In this document: positions 1 through 11,726 of the stretch, one piece after another
Numbering within the stretch: position 1 is the first letter of the stretch
Layout: every line of letters starts with the position of its first letter
Source: Chara braunii
Lineage: Eukaryota > Plantae > Charophyceae
Length of the DNA stretch: 59,520 nucleotides
Direction of reading: 5' to 3'
Assembly: GCA_003427395.1 (NCBI GenBank)
Contig: BFEA01000023.1
Coordinates: forward strand, 765,618-825,137
Program-made: the position numbers and the translations under genes
Notes under the pieces: model-generated
Seen by the model: only the letters and a program-made list of their open reading frames with translations
The model's database searches: none
What the model was told of the DNA's origin: nothing

Positions 1-210
1 ATATAATATTAAATATATATGTATTACGATTGGTATATTCTGTGTAACGATCTGTATGGCACTGCGTACACATATGGTTGTACGGATCCATACTCGTACG
101 CTACTCATATGGGGTTGTCGTACCTTGCCCACTGTTTTTTTAATGGCTATATCCAATATTTTTATCAATTAAATCTAGTCCCTTGATAATAAAAGTAAAG
201 GAAAATACAA

Positions 211-292
211 AAATGTGGAGGCGTGTGTATGCTTTGTGTGTGTCGTATGTGACAGTGGTGGTGTGTGTGTTTCTGTCGATCGCACTCAAACA
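211..292. repeat. Left arm of an ~80 bp inverted repeat (partner 3176..3256)
   Basis: aaatgtggaggcgtgtgtatgctttgtgtg...tcgatcgcac is the near reverse complement of gtgtgatcgaaaaaaacacac...cctacacattt. The same arms are about 70 bp apart in copy 2 (39116..39350). Confidence 0.8.
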
Positions 293-297
293 CTGTG

Positions 298-3166
298 CCC
301 AAGGCTGATATTATCGAAAGGGAGATTGAGGCCGGGGTCCTCACAGTCTACCCGGAGTGACCGAACCAGACATGCTGAAAACCGGGCTTAGCGTCCCTCA
401 TATGATGATGGTGATGATGCTAGTGATGATGATGCTATTGGATGATACACTCTACAGATTCTTCAGATTCTATGAAACCCATGGAGTAGTGATTCCTATG
501 ATGATGGTAATGATGATGGTGATGATAATGGTGATGATGATGGTGATGCTGTCAGAAATCCACAACAGTTGTCCAAACACTCGAGTATCTAAGGGGTTTC
601 CAATAGATCGTAGCAAAGCTCACCAAAACTGACTTGTTCTCTGACAAACTCATCCAGGCCTCACGCCCCCTTTCTGCTAGGTTACAGAGCAATGCGACTC
701 ACCCCAGCTCCGGCCAGCGTCGTCCTGTGTCAGCATCTTGCAGCTGTCCATTAGAATGCCCCCCGCATAGCATCCCCAGATCTCTCGACAAGGCCTCATG
801 CCCTCACCCTCGGCTAGTTACAGGCCATCACCCCAGCTCCGGCCAGCGTCGTTCTGGCTTTGAACAACCACAGGTCCTGAATATAACAGTCTAAATGCAG
901 TGCAGCTTCGTACCAACCACTAGAAGACCCTCAGAGACCTGAGAAATTCTACAAACTACCTGGCACAGCAGCAGAAAACAAGGAACACTCCAACCAGGAA
1001 GCTTCCACGAGTCACCGCCCAGAAAAAACTTTCCTAGCCACCTTGTCCCATGCTGCCACCACCGAGGAGAACCTCCTCGGCCCCAACCTGGAACAGACCC
1101 CCTCCTTCCCCCTTTCCGCAAAGGCAGCCAGTTCCCTCCTAGAGGATACCTGCGCCCCTCCCCTTGTCCCTATCTGCCCCCGCCGGGGTTGAAGGCGACC
1201 AACTCTCCCACCCCGGCCCCAGACAAGGACAAAACACAAATCTGCCCCACTCCCGACAGGGAGACCGCCTCCCACCTTGCAGCGCCCCTTTAAAGTAGGG
1301 CTCCCCAACACCACCCCCACCCTTCCCCCAAGAGACCAAACCGTGACGATAGAAACCATCCCGACTGGAACGCACCCATCAGATCAAATTCTTCAGACGT
1401 GAATGACAGAATTACGAGTTTCGAAAAATCACGATGGAGAAAAGGGTAGATGAGTGTTTTTTTTTGGATAACGATCGAATAACCTCCTAGAGATGATGAC
1501 GTTAAAGATGATGATAACGACCCGACTCACCTACTAACTTGAAACGCAACATCTAATGATAGCAGAATGATAATGATGGTAGTAATGGTGAAAATGAAAA
1601 TAGGCTGATAGCGCTGATTGTACTGAAGAACAGTACTGACAGCGCCCTATGATTACCACTAATGGTGAAATGAAGATAGGATGATAGCGCTGCTCGTACT
1701 GAAGAACAGTGCCGACAGCACCCTATGATTACCACTGATGATGATGACGACGCGCAGCGTCCTGTGGATGATAATGATGATGACGACAATATGATGATGA
1801 TGATGATGACGATGATGTTATGAAAATAATGTTGATGATGATAATGATGTGAAGGTAATGGTGGTGATGATAATGATGATGAATCATCACTATTCACGTT
1901 CACATGTGATGGTGCTCCAGTGATGATGATAGTAGGGATGAATAGCGCCCTATGATGAGGATGATGATTTTACTGATATCGCGCACCTGTGACGTCCAGC
2001 GCCCTGATGATGACGACGCCGAGCGCCGTGATGATGATGGTGATGGATGAAGGAGTTACTGATATCGCGCACCTGTGACTTCCAGCGCCCTGATGATGAT
2101 GACGCCCCTGCGCCCTGATGACGATGGCGAACCATTATCGTGATGATGACATCGATGGTGATGATGAACCGCCCCGTATTGATGATGGTGATGCAACTGC
2201 TGATGATGATAAAAACGAACAGCACTTTAAGGTTGATGATGTCAGCAAACCTTGATGATGATGATGAGGTATGATGGTAATAAGGCTGAACGACGCACTA
2301 TGAAGATGATGATATTGCTAAAATTGTGCACCTGTGGTGACGCACCAGTGATGATGATAATAGGAATGAAAGAGCGCCCCTAAAATAGTAAACCATTGAT
2401 GAGGGCCCTACTGATGACGATGCCAACAAGCGGCTGCAACAGTAATGATGGTGAGGACCACAACCCCCGACGGTGCTGTCACGTTAGCCAACTTACCTTA
2501 TTTCTAATACCAGTGACGAGATGTTGCTAACCAGCAGCACGCAGGCCCTATTACCGCCTTAATGATGATGAAGAGCAGCACCCTAATGGCGTTGACAAGC
2601 AGCCCTGATGATGATGACGAAAACCTTTACCATGTTCTGTTGAATCGTGCCCGAGTAATGATGAAGCGATGATGGCGGGCCTCCCTGATGCTGATGGACG
2701 AGGACACTGGTGATAACAGGTAGCTACTCCACTCGCACTTCAGGTCACGCAAGGCTCACTCCGCTGAACCCCACAGGCATCCCCAGAGACGACACCTCAC
2801 AGACTCTATGCCATGGGCAGAAACGCAGCAGTAATGGAGTATGAACGCGGAACTCCCAGAAAGACTCTGGGAGTCAGTCTATTCTACCTATCAACCTGTG
2901 ATACGGTATAGACAAGCACCTTCGCTCCCCGCACGTGCGCAAAACGCCTAGTAAGCAGCTACTGTAAGCTCGGCACTCACCCCAGCAACTCCTCCGTTGC
3001 CCCACCAGCTCCGCTGTCTCGCCATCGCCATACCCGCTTCGTCCGTTTGAGCGCGTCAGAGCACAACCGGTTCGAGCCACGCACAGTCCTGCTTGGCCGC
3101 CCCACTCCGCCGTCGTGGTTGGTGCCGGGGCGCAGCGCTCCCGGTAGCGCTGTGCCCCACATCTAA
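298..3166. mobile_element. ~2.9 kb insertion specific to duplication copy 1; TE-derived, (GAT)n-rich, class uncertain
   Basis: Absent from the paralogous position 39203..39235. It has (GAT)n low-complexity tracts, an internal direct repeat (caccccagctccggccagcgtcgt at ~700 and ~829) and a GC-rich hairpin at 3127..3158 at its right end. No clean TSD. Confidence 0.55.
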
Positions 3167-3280
3167 TCGGCATAATGTTGTGTGTGATCGAAAAAAACAC
3201 ACACAACGCCACCGTCACATACGACACAAACAAAGCATACACACACCTACACATTTCGACCGGTTAAATACAAAGGCCCT

Positions 3281-3578
3281 TTAGGGCCTAAATTTCCCAT
3301 GTTGTACTAAATTACTTACAGAGGTATGCATACACTTTAGGAATACCTCAGGATAAACACCCATCCAAACAACTCTAATTACAAAAGGAAAAAACATGAA
3401 AAATTCTCTTCTGTTTAAATCGGAGAACTTATGAATGAAATGCGGCTTAAAATTTCCAAACACAACACTATTACAGAGCCAAATGGAATAAGCTGGTCCT
3501 AAAATCATTCCAATGGCTGCTAATGTTGCCACGTTGGGCGCATACTAAAATAAAAAACTCACCAATAAAGCTACTACT
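3281..3578 (-). pseudogene. nad4: NUMT: 3' end of mitochondrial NADH dehydrogenase subunit 4, copy 1
   Basis: Translation ATLAAIGMILGPAYSIWL..VVFGNFKP..KFSDLNRREF..WMGVYPEVFL.CMHTSVSNLVQHGKF matches the plant Nad4 C-terminus. Only the last ~100 codons are present, with a deletion. Confidence 0.9.
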
Positions 3579-3597
3579 GATCAAATACAAAGGCCCT

Positions 3598-3890
3598 TTA
3601 AGGGCCAAATTTCCCATTTTGTACTAAATTACTTAGAGAGCTATGCGTACACTCTAGGAATACCTCAGGATAAACACCCATCCAAACAACTCCAATTATA
3701 AAAGGTAGAAACATTAAAAATTATCTTTTGTCTAAATCGGAGAATTTATGAATGAAATACAACTTGAAATTTTCAAACACAACACGATTATAGAGCCAAA
3801 TGGAATAAGCTGCTCCTAAAATCATTCGAATGGCTGCTAATGTTGTCACGTTGGGCGCAACTTGAAAAACGCCTACTAAAATCAAAAACT
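3598..3890 (-). pseudogene. nad4: NUMT: nad4 3' end, tandem copy 2
   Basis: Diverged tandem repeat of 3281..3578 (period ~318 bp, both preceded by aaatacaaaggccctt). Translates ILVGVFQVAPNV.TLAAIRMILGAAYSIWLYNRVVF... Confidence 0.88.
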
Positions 3891-5334
3891 TTTTTTTTTC
3901 CCAATTAACCCTATTTTGTTTTTATTTTTTTAGTCTCGTATTTTACTAAGAATTTGAGGTTGGTAATCGGAAAAATATTGCTTGTCTGCCAATGTTACAT
4001 ACGTTTCCAACTTCTTTTATTTTTGTCATCGCCCCTCCCTCGTACAGAATGTACGTGGTCACATACAGAGTTACGCAAGTGTAATATTTGTATGTTTGTA
4101 TGGAAAGGCCTCATACGTATACCGTGGTGACTTTGTCAACAATCGATGAATCATTCATAGTGAATTGTTGTTTATCTCACCTTGTAAGGTTGGTCGAGTG
4201 TTTTTGCAACACATCTCATATAGTATGTTTAGGGATATAGTATATTACAGAGACATGAAACAAAGTTGGAAGATCGCCTCCGATTCAACTGTAATAAGAC
4301 TCCTTAACCGATGCTTCATTTTTTCTTAGCTATTGGAATGGTTGCAAAAATTTTTCCGACTTTCGAAGGACGGTTGTATTAAACCATCGCTACTTTCAAG
4401 CCTTTCTGTCGAGGTGGAAAACAATTGAGTTCCGAAGGGCTAGCAAGTTGTTTTTGACCCGTTCTCTTCTCCACCAACCTTTATGAGGTAAAATGCCGTA
4501 TTGGAAGGTATCTCGACTACGACTACATCACGCAATATTGGGTTTGGTTTTCGGTGTAGGGATTCTAGGATTACATTTAAAATTCAGTATGATTCAAGCT
4601 ATTTCGGAAGGTTAGCATGTTGTTTCTGACCCGCTTTCTTCTCCATCAACTAGATTCAACCTTTATGAGATAACATGTCGTATTGGAAGGTATTTCGACT
4701 ACGACTACACGCAACATTGAGTTTGGTTTTCGTTGTAGGGATTTTATGATACCAGTTAAAATTCAGTCCGATCCCTCTATTTGCAAACGTTGGGTATTGG
4801 AATCATGCAAGGAGTTACTGTGTGTTGAACTCACGAATGGTAAGGTGGTTATTTTTATTTAAAAATTGATCAGATTGTCTCATAGAAACAAAAGTGTGTT
4901 TAAGATTTGCTGGTTACCATCGATTGTTTGCTAATAGTTCAAAATTGATCAGTATAAGATTTGTTGATTAACCACCAATTGTTTGCTAAAAGTAGTTTCG
5001 GAGATTGTGTATGTTATGAGGTCATAGTTAATTTCCTTAAGGTATTCATGAAAAAATGACATTTTGGAAAGCATGAACCCAAATTTTTTAGGCCTACAAA
5101 TTTCGGGACGAGAACTTGTGATGCTAGGGGACCTCATTCTCGACTCCCCTTTCTCTTCCTACCCCTACCTTCCTTCCAATAACCTATATACCCCAATTTT
5201 TCACTCCATGCGTCTTCCAATGCTCTGTCTATCTATTCTTTTTTGTGTCCTTGATCTCTGAATCAGTTTTTATTTGAATTCCCAACCTGCTTTCTTTAAA
5301 CTTTGCTTTACCTCTATACCCCTCTCCCTTTTGC

Positions 5335-5645
5335 CACGCGTTGTCCTTTCAGCCGGAGAGCTTCATTTTTTTTGTTTTCCCCTCTTTGCTCTTAGAATTC
5401 TCATGGTGACCTCCAACAGAAAAATTCCCACTAAAATTGAAAGATGAAAAAACATTTATAAAAAACAAAATAATTCATATTTAAAAATTATCATTGTCCT
5501 TGCAGCCCGATAGCTTCATTTTTTTTGTTTTTCCGTTTTGGCTTTTTGAATTCTCATGGTAACCTCCAACATAAAAATTCCCACAAAAATTAAAAGATAA
5601 AAAAACATTTATAAAAAATAAAATAATTCATATTTAAAAATTATC
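5335..5645. repeat. ~150 bp AT-rich tandem duplication (paralog ~41450..41750)
   Basis: 'ttgtcctt.cagcc.ga.agcttcattttttttgtttt...gaattctcatggt.acctccaac...aataattcatatttaaaaattatc' occurs twice. Confidence 0.75.
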
Positions 5646-5739
5646 TTTCCATAGTTATCCCAATTCTAAAATTTCTAGTTTTATTTGACAAGTTTTTGTC
5701 TAAAAATGAGTTATCTCAATTGTATCCTGTGTAGCACAC

Positions 5740-6230
5740 CAAACATGTTCGAAGTTTTTCCGAATATCCGAACATTTTCCGATGTTCGTCCGAATGTCTA
5801 CTGAACGTGTTCGGTCGAACATATTAAAAAAAAAAAAAAAAAGTTAGTTTTTATATTTGAACTCGAATTTGGTTACGAATTTGAGCATACCTCCTAGGTA
5901 AAAGTTGTTTGTATTACTATTTTACATAATATATATATATATATATTTATATTTTTAAATATTTTTATGTTCGCGTTTGGATGGTTTTGGCGCTCCTTAG
6001 CGTTCGGTCACGAACGTTCGAACACGATGCTACACAGGTTAACATTATGAGATGTCTAAATTATTTATTATTATTATTTTATGTTTTTATGTTCGCGTTT
6101 GGANNNNNNNNNNNNNNNNNNNNNNNNNNNNNNATGGTTTTGACGCTAGTTAGCATTTGGGCACGAACGTTCGAACACGATGCTACACAGGTTAACATTA
6201 TGAGATGTCTAAATTATTTATTATTATTTA
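5740..6230. repeat. Cluster of CGAAC/GTTCG motifs and ~125 bp tandem units, resembling DNA-transposon subterminal repeats (paralog 41850..42320)
   Basis: Many ccgaac/gttcgg copies in both orientations; unit 'atggttttggcgctc...cacgaacgttcgaacacgatgctacacaggttaacattatgagatgtc' is repeated across an N gap. Confidence 0.6.
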
Positions 6231-6633
6231 TTTTTGAAGTTCTTGTCTCAATTTTTTGTCACCTTTGACTACCTTCCTACCACTACTCCTAAGACTATAT
6301 ACAGGGGACCCCTGCAAGCATAGGGCCTAGCAAACGAGGTAATTCATGTTGCCCCTCCCCCCAACCGCGGTAGTCAGAGATGGGGTGGGCCGCCGGTAGG
6401 GGTCCGACTAACGCAAAGACCGAGCATTTTGCCAGTAGCTGCGCCTCCCTTTCTCATCGTCCCTTAACCCTCATCGAGTACTAGCAGCAGAGGCTATGAC
6501 CAACATTCTCCCACACACCACGCACAACCCACTCGCGTTCACACTCACACCCGTGTTGGTCATAGACCCCGCTAATACCGATCAGGGGTATTCAGAGGAC
6601 TATCACTGTCCGTTGGCATTAAGTGCGCCGCAG

Positions 6634-6703
6634 GCGGCCACGGGGCTTGAACCCACAACCTTGTGAATGCCACTTGCATGCCTAACCAACTCAGCTAGGC
6701 TGC
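6634..6703 (-). pseudogene. tRNA-derived sequence (tRNA pseudogene or SINE head); paralog 42734..42804
   Basis: Minus strand has A box TAGCTGAGTTGG and B box GGTTCAAG.CC. In copy 2 the acceptor stem GCGGCC/GGCCGC pairs. The anticodon arm is non-canonical. Confidence 0.6.
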
Positions 6704-8004
6704 TGGATACCACAATAAATATCTTCTAATTTAGAGAGGATTAACCAATTTATGACTGAAACGTCTTATAATCGAATGATAGTCCAATTAAAATATTTTA
6801 TGAACTCATCCAGACTTTCATTCCATCTCCAGCATGCAGTTCAAACAAGAAGGGGTACCACAGGAAAGAATCTCAGTAAGGCGAAAAAGTGGAATAACAT
6901 GTTTTAAGATTGGATGTCTCTCCAAAGTTAGGAAAAAGGTGATATTCTTCACACCTAAGTTCGTTCTTCTGCAGCAACGGGGCTCGTCGCATGCCAAACG
7001 CCAGCACTTAACTAGAATGCATGGCCGCACACATTACCTAACTCCACACGTTTATTCCCCATCAAAGCATGTCGAACTAGAGGAGTAGCGAGCATTGACT
7101 GAATCTGACTGCTTCAAGTTTGGAGATTCCCCCGCCTGAAACAGCACCCTAGTGGAGTTACCTCTTCGACAGAAAATCACAAAAGGTGGCTGTGTCTTGT
7201 CTAGGCCGAGCACTCCGTGCCTTCTATGGCCTTATGGCGGATCTCAAGTGAGCAACAAAACAAAATCCTCTGACGACCTTTAAAACTTCAGCGGGCGTAT
7301 GTGATTATCCATCGAAACGAGCCATTTGGACTTTCTGGAACTTAGCAGCCCGCTTTCCTCAACGGATGTGACCCATGATAAGGTTAGATTCCTTCACAAA
7401 GTGGATTGTGCACTACTGGACATAACTTGACAAAGTTTCACAATCAAAACACTATGTTGCTGGGTGCATGAACTTGATCAAGCGCCTGTGTCTGTAACAG
7501 TGTGATACCCAATAACCAAATATTAACCAAATATCGCTGCGTGGACCGTGGGCTGTGGCACCATCAATTGTTGCTTTTTTTTTGGGGGGGGGGAGGGACT
7601 CCGAGGGAGGGGAGGGGGTGGCATTGTTTATTGTGTTTGGTGCTCACCATGTAAGTTAGGGGCTTGGCGAGCGGTGTGCTGAGCCTCAATTTCACTTTCG
7701 GGCCGAAGTTGGGTAATGGTCCCATTGCAATATATATGCGCCGACTTGCGAGGTCCGCGCCCCCTGTTTGAGTATATTCACAAAAAGAAAGATGTTTCGT
7801 TCTTTGAACTTCTTTCCCAAAAAACTTGTTTTGTTGCTCATTGCACAAACTTGCCGCTGGTCAGGTGGAAATTGACGGAGAGCATATAAAGCTAGGAGTC
7901 TAGGACTTTTCCAACCGGTTACTAGACTTTCTGGATGTAATTGCAGTCGGATGCATCACAGATGAGCCGTGATTGCAGTCAGGTACATCTACTAGGACAG
8001 GTGG

Positions 8005-8533
8005 CACAAATGGTTAACGGGGACCTTTATTTTCAGCTCCTGACTAATGAGACCAAAACTGAAATTAGGGGGTCAAATTTTTGGTTTTTTCTTATAAATT
8101 GACCTGAAAAATGGGGGTCGGTTAACGGGGACCTTCATTTTCAGCTCCTGACTAATGAGACCAAAACTGAAATTAGGGTTTGGGGGTCAAATTTTTGGTT
8201 ATTTGTTTTTTTGTTTTTTTGCCTGTTTTGGTTTTGGTTCAAGGTTGCTGTCTGCCAAATTTGGTATTATTTGGGTTATTAAAATTTGTGCTGTTGGGAG
8301 GCCTGAAAATCCTGAAATTTGGATGACGTGTTTCATGCCAAAATTGCATGAAAATGCACTTTTGGGTTGCTGTTTTATGTGTGTGTTTTTTTTTTTTTTT
8401 TTTTTTTTTTTCAATATGTTAGTAAGAAGTGCACTCTATACATTGGTGTGGAGTTTGGTTGAAATGCCCTTATGGTTTTCTTATAAATTGACCTGAAAAA
8501 ATGGGGGGTCGGTTAACCTTCTCTCCTTCTCTC
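8005..8533. mobile_element. 529 bp segment present only in copy 1, flanked by the 8 bp direct repeat ACAGGTGG
   Basis: acaggtgg at 7997..8004 and 8534..8541; the paralogous site (~44137..44144) has a single copy. Internally there are two related units bounded by GGTTAAC. Confidence 0.6.
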
Positions 8534-8621
8534 ACAGGTGGGCATTGCAGCCAGGTGCATCTTGGAAAGCACCAGTGCAACTTGAGCTATTTTAGTAAAT
8601 GTCTTGAGTCTTGAGTCTTGA

Positions 8622-8721
8622 GTCCTATTTTAGGTAATCCTTTAAAATTGGAGCGACACAGAGAAGATTGATTAGCATGGCCCCTGCGCAAGGATTACAC
8701 GCATAAATCGAGAAATGGTCC
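8622..8721 (+). pseudogene. U6: U6 snRNA pseudogene, copy 1
   Basis: aaaattggagcgacACAGAGAagatt(gatt)agcatggcccctgcgcaaggattacacgcataaatcgagaaatggtcc matches plant U6. It has a 4 nt duplication, an altered 5' stem, an A-rich tail instead of a T-run, and no visible USE/TATA. Confidence 0.9.
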
Positions 8722-8837
8722 GAAGAAAGTAAAAAAAAGGTCACCTCTGCACTGCATTTCGAGCTATTTTCAGTAATATCAGCAGCACCAAATGACGGGT
8801 GGATATCGCGACCGTCATGGATCCACTTCTGTACAAC

Positions 8838-9275
8838 GTGCCATGGCTGTAGTGGTTAAGAAACTGGACTTTCAAATCCGTGCGTGCATAGAGGACGTCC
8901 GAGATTGATAACAGGTTGTACTATAGTCTATAGCACGGCAATCGGCCTGGAAATCAGACCAGGATGGTGGTGGCCCATGGGTAAAGCCCCATGGTTAAAA
9001 CCCCATTGGAAAAGCAGTCGTTGCTGGATGGGAGCAGAGTGAGCGAGAACTGCCTGTGTGGCAAATGGCTGAGTGTGGTGTTGACTGTGTGCCACTGTGA
9101 GTGTGAGGTTGGACACTACAGCCATGCAGGGATAGACTTAAAGTTCATTTGGTGAGTAGTGAGTCGCCATGGCCCTCCCTTTGTGAACAATGTGATGGCT
9201 GTACTAGTGGTTAAAACACTTGGCTCTTGAGGCTAAGGACCTAGTACGGTCGCTGAGTTCACATCTCGGCATGCA
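8838..9275 (+). repeat. Two related tRNA-like (SINE-head-like) units, 8838..8889 and ~9192..9275; paralogs 44446..44517 and ~44827..44910
   Basis: atggctgtagtggttaa (A-box-like). The copy at 44446 keeps the stem-loop tgggc-tcttgag-gctca and a perfect B box ggttcgaatcc. Confidence 0.55.
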
Positions 9276-9384
9276 TGGAGAGGGTCCAACGCCGATAAAA
9301 GAGCAGACTATCTTTCTGGTAGCTATCTTAGTATATCTTTCTTGCAGCCTCTCCCATGGACCCAGTCTATTGTGCATTTAACGA

Positions 9385-9665
9385 CCTTTGGATATCATGT
9401 TTGAGCTGACCAACCCACAGTAAATTCAGAGTTATCTTTCTAGTACCTATCTTCTTTCTTGTAGCCACTCCCACTCTACTCAGTCTATTCAATTGTGCAT
9501 TCGAGTTTTTTTTTTTGTGTTTTTGGTCAAGGGTGACGACCTTGGGATATCATTATTGAACTGACCAGCCTGCAGTAAATTCAGAGTTACTTTTCACTAT
9601 TTTCGATCTATCATGTTTGAAGTGACCAGCACACAGTAAATTCAGAGTTACTTTTCACTGTTTTC
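9385..9665. repeat. Three copies of an ~45-57 bp unit (paralog ~45010..45290)
   Basis: 'tatcatgtttga.ctgacca.c..acagtaaattcagagtta' occurs three times. Confidence 0.7.
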
Positions 9666-9686
9666 TGTCATCTCATCTGCCTCAAT

Positions 9687-9759
9687 TGGAATTCGAACTC
9701 AGGTCTGTGGTTCAACAATTCATGGTCACCGACTCACCGTGTGCCAACTGAGCTAGGCC
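9687..9759 (-). pseudogene. Degenerate tRNA-derived sequence (paralog ~45312..45370)
   Basis: Minus strand GGCCTAGCTCAGTTGG (A box) ... GAGTTCGAATTCCA (B box). Confidence 0.45.
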
Positions 9760-10103
9760 AGTTGGTTCTTAATTTTTTGTCACTTTTTTAGCTCAGCCTG
9801 TTTTTAGCAACGTACTAACATCACAGCAGACTTCTTCAAATTTGGACAATGACCCTCCCCTTCCCCGCTGATCCCCATGCTTTTTTGTCTTAATTTTTAT
9901 TATTATTATTTATTAAACTTTTGTTTGATTTTCATAATAACTGCGTTCACCATTGGACCATCCACGGGCAATGGATCAATACCCCCATTCGCCCGAATTT
10001 TCATATTCTGTACCCCCATGCTATATCCTGTACAGGCTGGACAGTGGACAGAGTAACGTTCCACTCCCTGTCTGGATTTGCCTTAGAGGCATACGCCTTC
10101 CTC

Positions 10104-10107
<4 letters not shown>

Positions 10108-10161
<54 letters not shown>

Positions 10162-10185
10162 TGCGTGTGTGTGTGTGTGTGTGTG
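10108..10185. repeat. (GT)n microsatellite
   Basis: Seen directly. Confidence 0.95.
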
Positions 10186-10499
10186 CACCAGATATCAGTT
10201 TGACTTCTCCAGAAGTCAGACGTTCTTTTTTTTTTGGGGGGGAAAGGGCGGGGGGGGAGTGGGGGAGGAGTTGGGAGAAGTCAAAGAGAGTTGAAATTAT
10301 ATCCAGATACGATTCCGAGAGAATATGGGGATCATGAAGAGTGGGCAAGTGGGGGAGGAGAGAAGAGGGAGGAGGGAGGAGGGAGGAGAGGAGAGGAGAG
10401 GAAAACCAGCTTTGTGACTGCGAGGGGGGAACATTTCCCTCGTGAGTCCTGACATGCAAAGGACTCTTAAGCACAAATAGTGAGTCAAAGAATGAACAG

Positions 10500-10767
10500 A
10501 TGCGAGCATATCTTTGGAGAACAGAGATGCTATACAAATATATAATCTTGAGGGATAACCACGTTGATTGGCCCTGGATCTGCCGGGCCGCCCGGGTCAC
10601 TTTATTTCCTCGGGGGGCCCGACCGTGCAAGGATCATGCGGGCATATCTTTGGAGAAGAGAGAGGCTATACAAATATATCATCTTGAGGGATAACCATGC
10701 TGATTAGCCCTGGATCTAGTCTACCCACCGGGCCGGCCAGGTCACCTTATTTCCTCGGTTGGCCCGG
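10500..10767. repeat. ~135 bp tandem duplication; the second unit is interrupted by the giant LTR element and resumes at 37746
   Basis: Unit 'tgcg.gcatatctttggagaa...cttgagggataacca...tatttcctcgg..ggcccg'. Unit 1 continues 'accgtgcaagga', which reappears right after 37745. Confidence 0.85.
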
Positions 10768-10999
10768 TGTCGCACTTTTTCCAGCCGGGCCACTTCGGGC
10801 GACCGGAAAGCCAACACGATTTTGTATGCTGATTGCAATAAATAAAACAAATTAAATAATGCAAGAAGCAAGACCGACTGACTCGAGCAAAGACAAGATC
10901 AAATGAATGAGGGAAGAATGAGAACTCGTAATAATCTCAAAAAGTACACATAAACAAGCATTGTCAACACCTCTTAAGAATCCTCACTCATCCCTCTAG

Positions 11000-11673
11000 T
11001 CAGTCTCTCTCAATCTCTCTTTTTACTGATCTTCTCTGGTGCCGTGACCCACGCCCACGTACAATCTGAGACTGAGGCTTCGCAACAAAATGCCACCTGA
11101 AGCCAACAAGCTCTGAGCATGACCATCCGAGGCACATGACACGGTAGTTAACCGTGGAGCAAAACTCCTCCCACAAAGTAGGCAGTCCATCCACTGAAAA
11201 AACTTCTCGTGTGAGGTTGGGATACTCGGTGGGCTCGGTCAGCGCCTCAACGTCGATCACTGCCAGAGAGATGTGCCTCTTTGCCAAACCAATCACATCC
11301 AGCCAACTCGTGCCATCTGTGAGGAGAGAAGGGACTGGAGGCCTAGGATAGTCAGTATAAAGCATTGACCCAAAACTGCGGATCAACGTAATGTCACTCT
11401 TTTCTAGCTCCCTCTCTCTTTGCTCAAGGTATTCGGTGGCTGAGATCAAGACAGTATCGAAAAGTTCATGAGTCTCCTTGCCCTTCTTCAGGTAAGGCCT
11501 CAGATCATGGATAGTGCCATCAGCAATACTGTCTGGACAACGAAGATTGACCGATCTCCCTGTCTGAAACCAATGACACTAACATACTGATAATGGAATG
11601 CCTCTTTGCATGAAATCCGGTTGAGGCTGGCCAGCACTGACTCACTGACCGGCGTAGGCTGAACTGTGCTCAT
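11000..11673 (-). pseudogene. LTR-borne accessory ORF A4 (family A, unknown function); one frameshift near 11520..11580
   Basis: Joined translation MSTVQP..VLASLNRISCKEAFHYQY..IHDLRPYLKK..PPVPSLLTDGTSWLDVI aligns by eye with leader ORF A1 (VLKELSKF..FPYRY..IYDIRPYVKE..PLVPDSYCDGTNWLPII). Confidence 0.7.
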
Positions 11674-11726
11674 GAGTACTCTTGCTAGTGCGAACCCACC
11701 AGATGGTCATGGAAAACTAGTTACCA

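Larger units (their letters stand above)
1..10484. repeat. Segmental/tandem duplication copy 1 (paralog of 38906..46134); probably extends upstream of the window
   Basis: Colinear similarity from 'atataatattaaatatatatgtat' (1 vs 38906) to 'gcacaaatagtgag' (10484 vs 46134). Copy 1 has extra segments at ~298..3166 and 8005..8533. Confidence 0.95.

Noticed and set aside
357-2225. Met/Ile/Ser/His-rich ORFs (357..632, 1553..1903, 1950..2225)
   Set aside because: They are translations of (GAT)n low-complexity DNA with no protein-like composition.
6818-7300. Short ORFs conserved in both duplication copies
   Set aside because: Conservation is explained by the duplication; no recognisable domain in the frames I examined.
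8622-8721. Functional U6 gene
   Set aside because: It has a 4 nt insertion next to the catalytic AGC, a disrupted 5' stem, no T-run terminator and no upstream USE/TATA.
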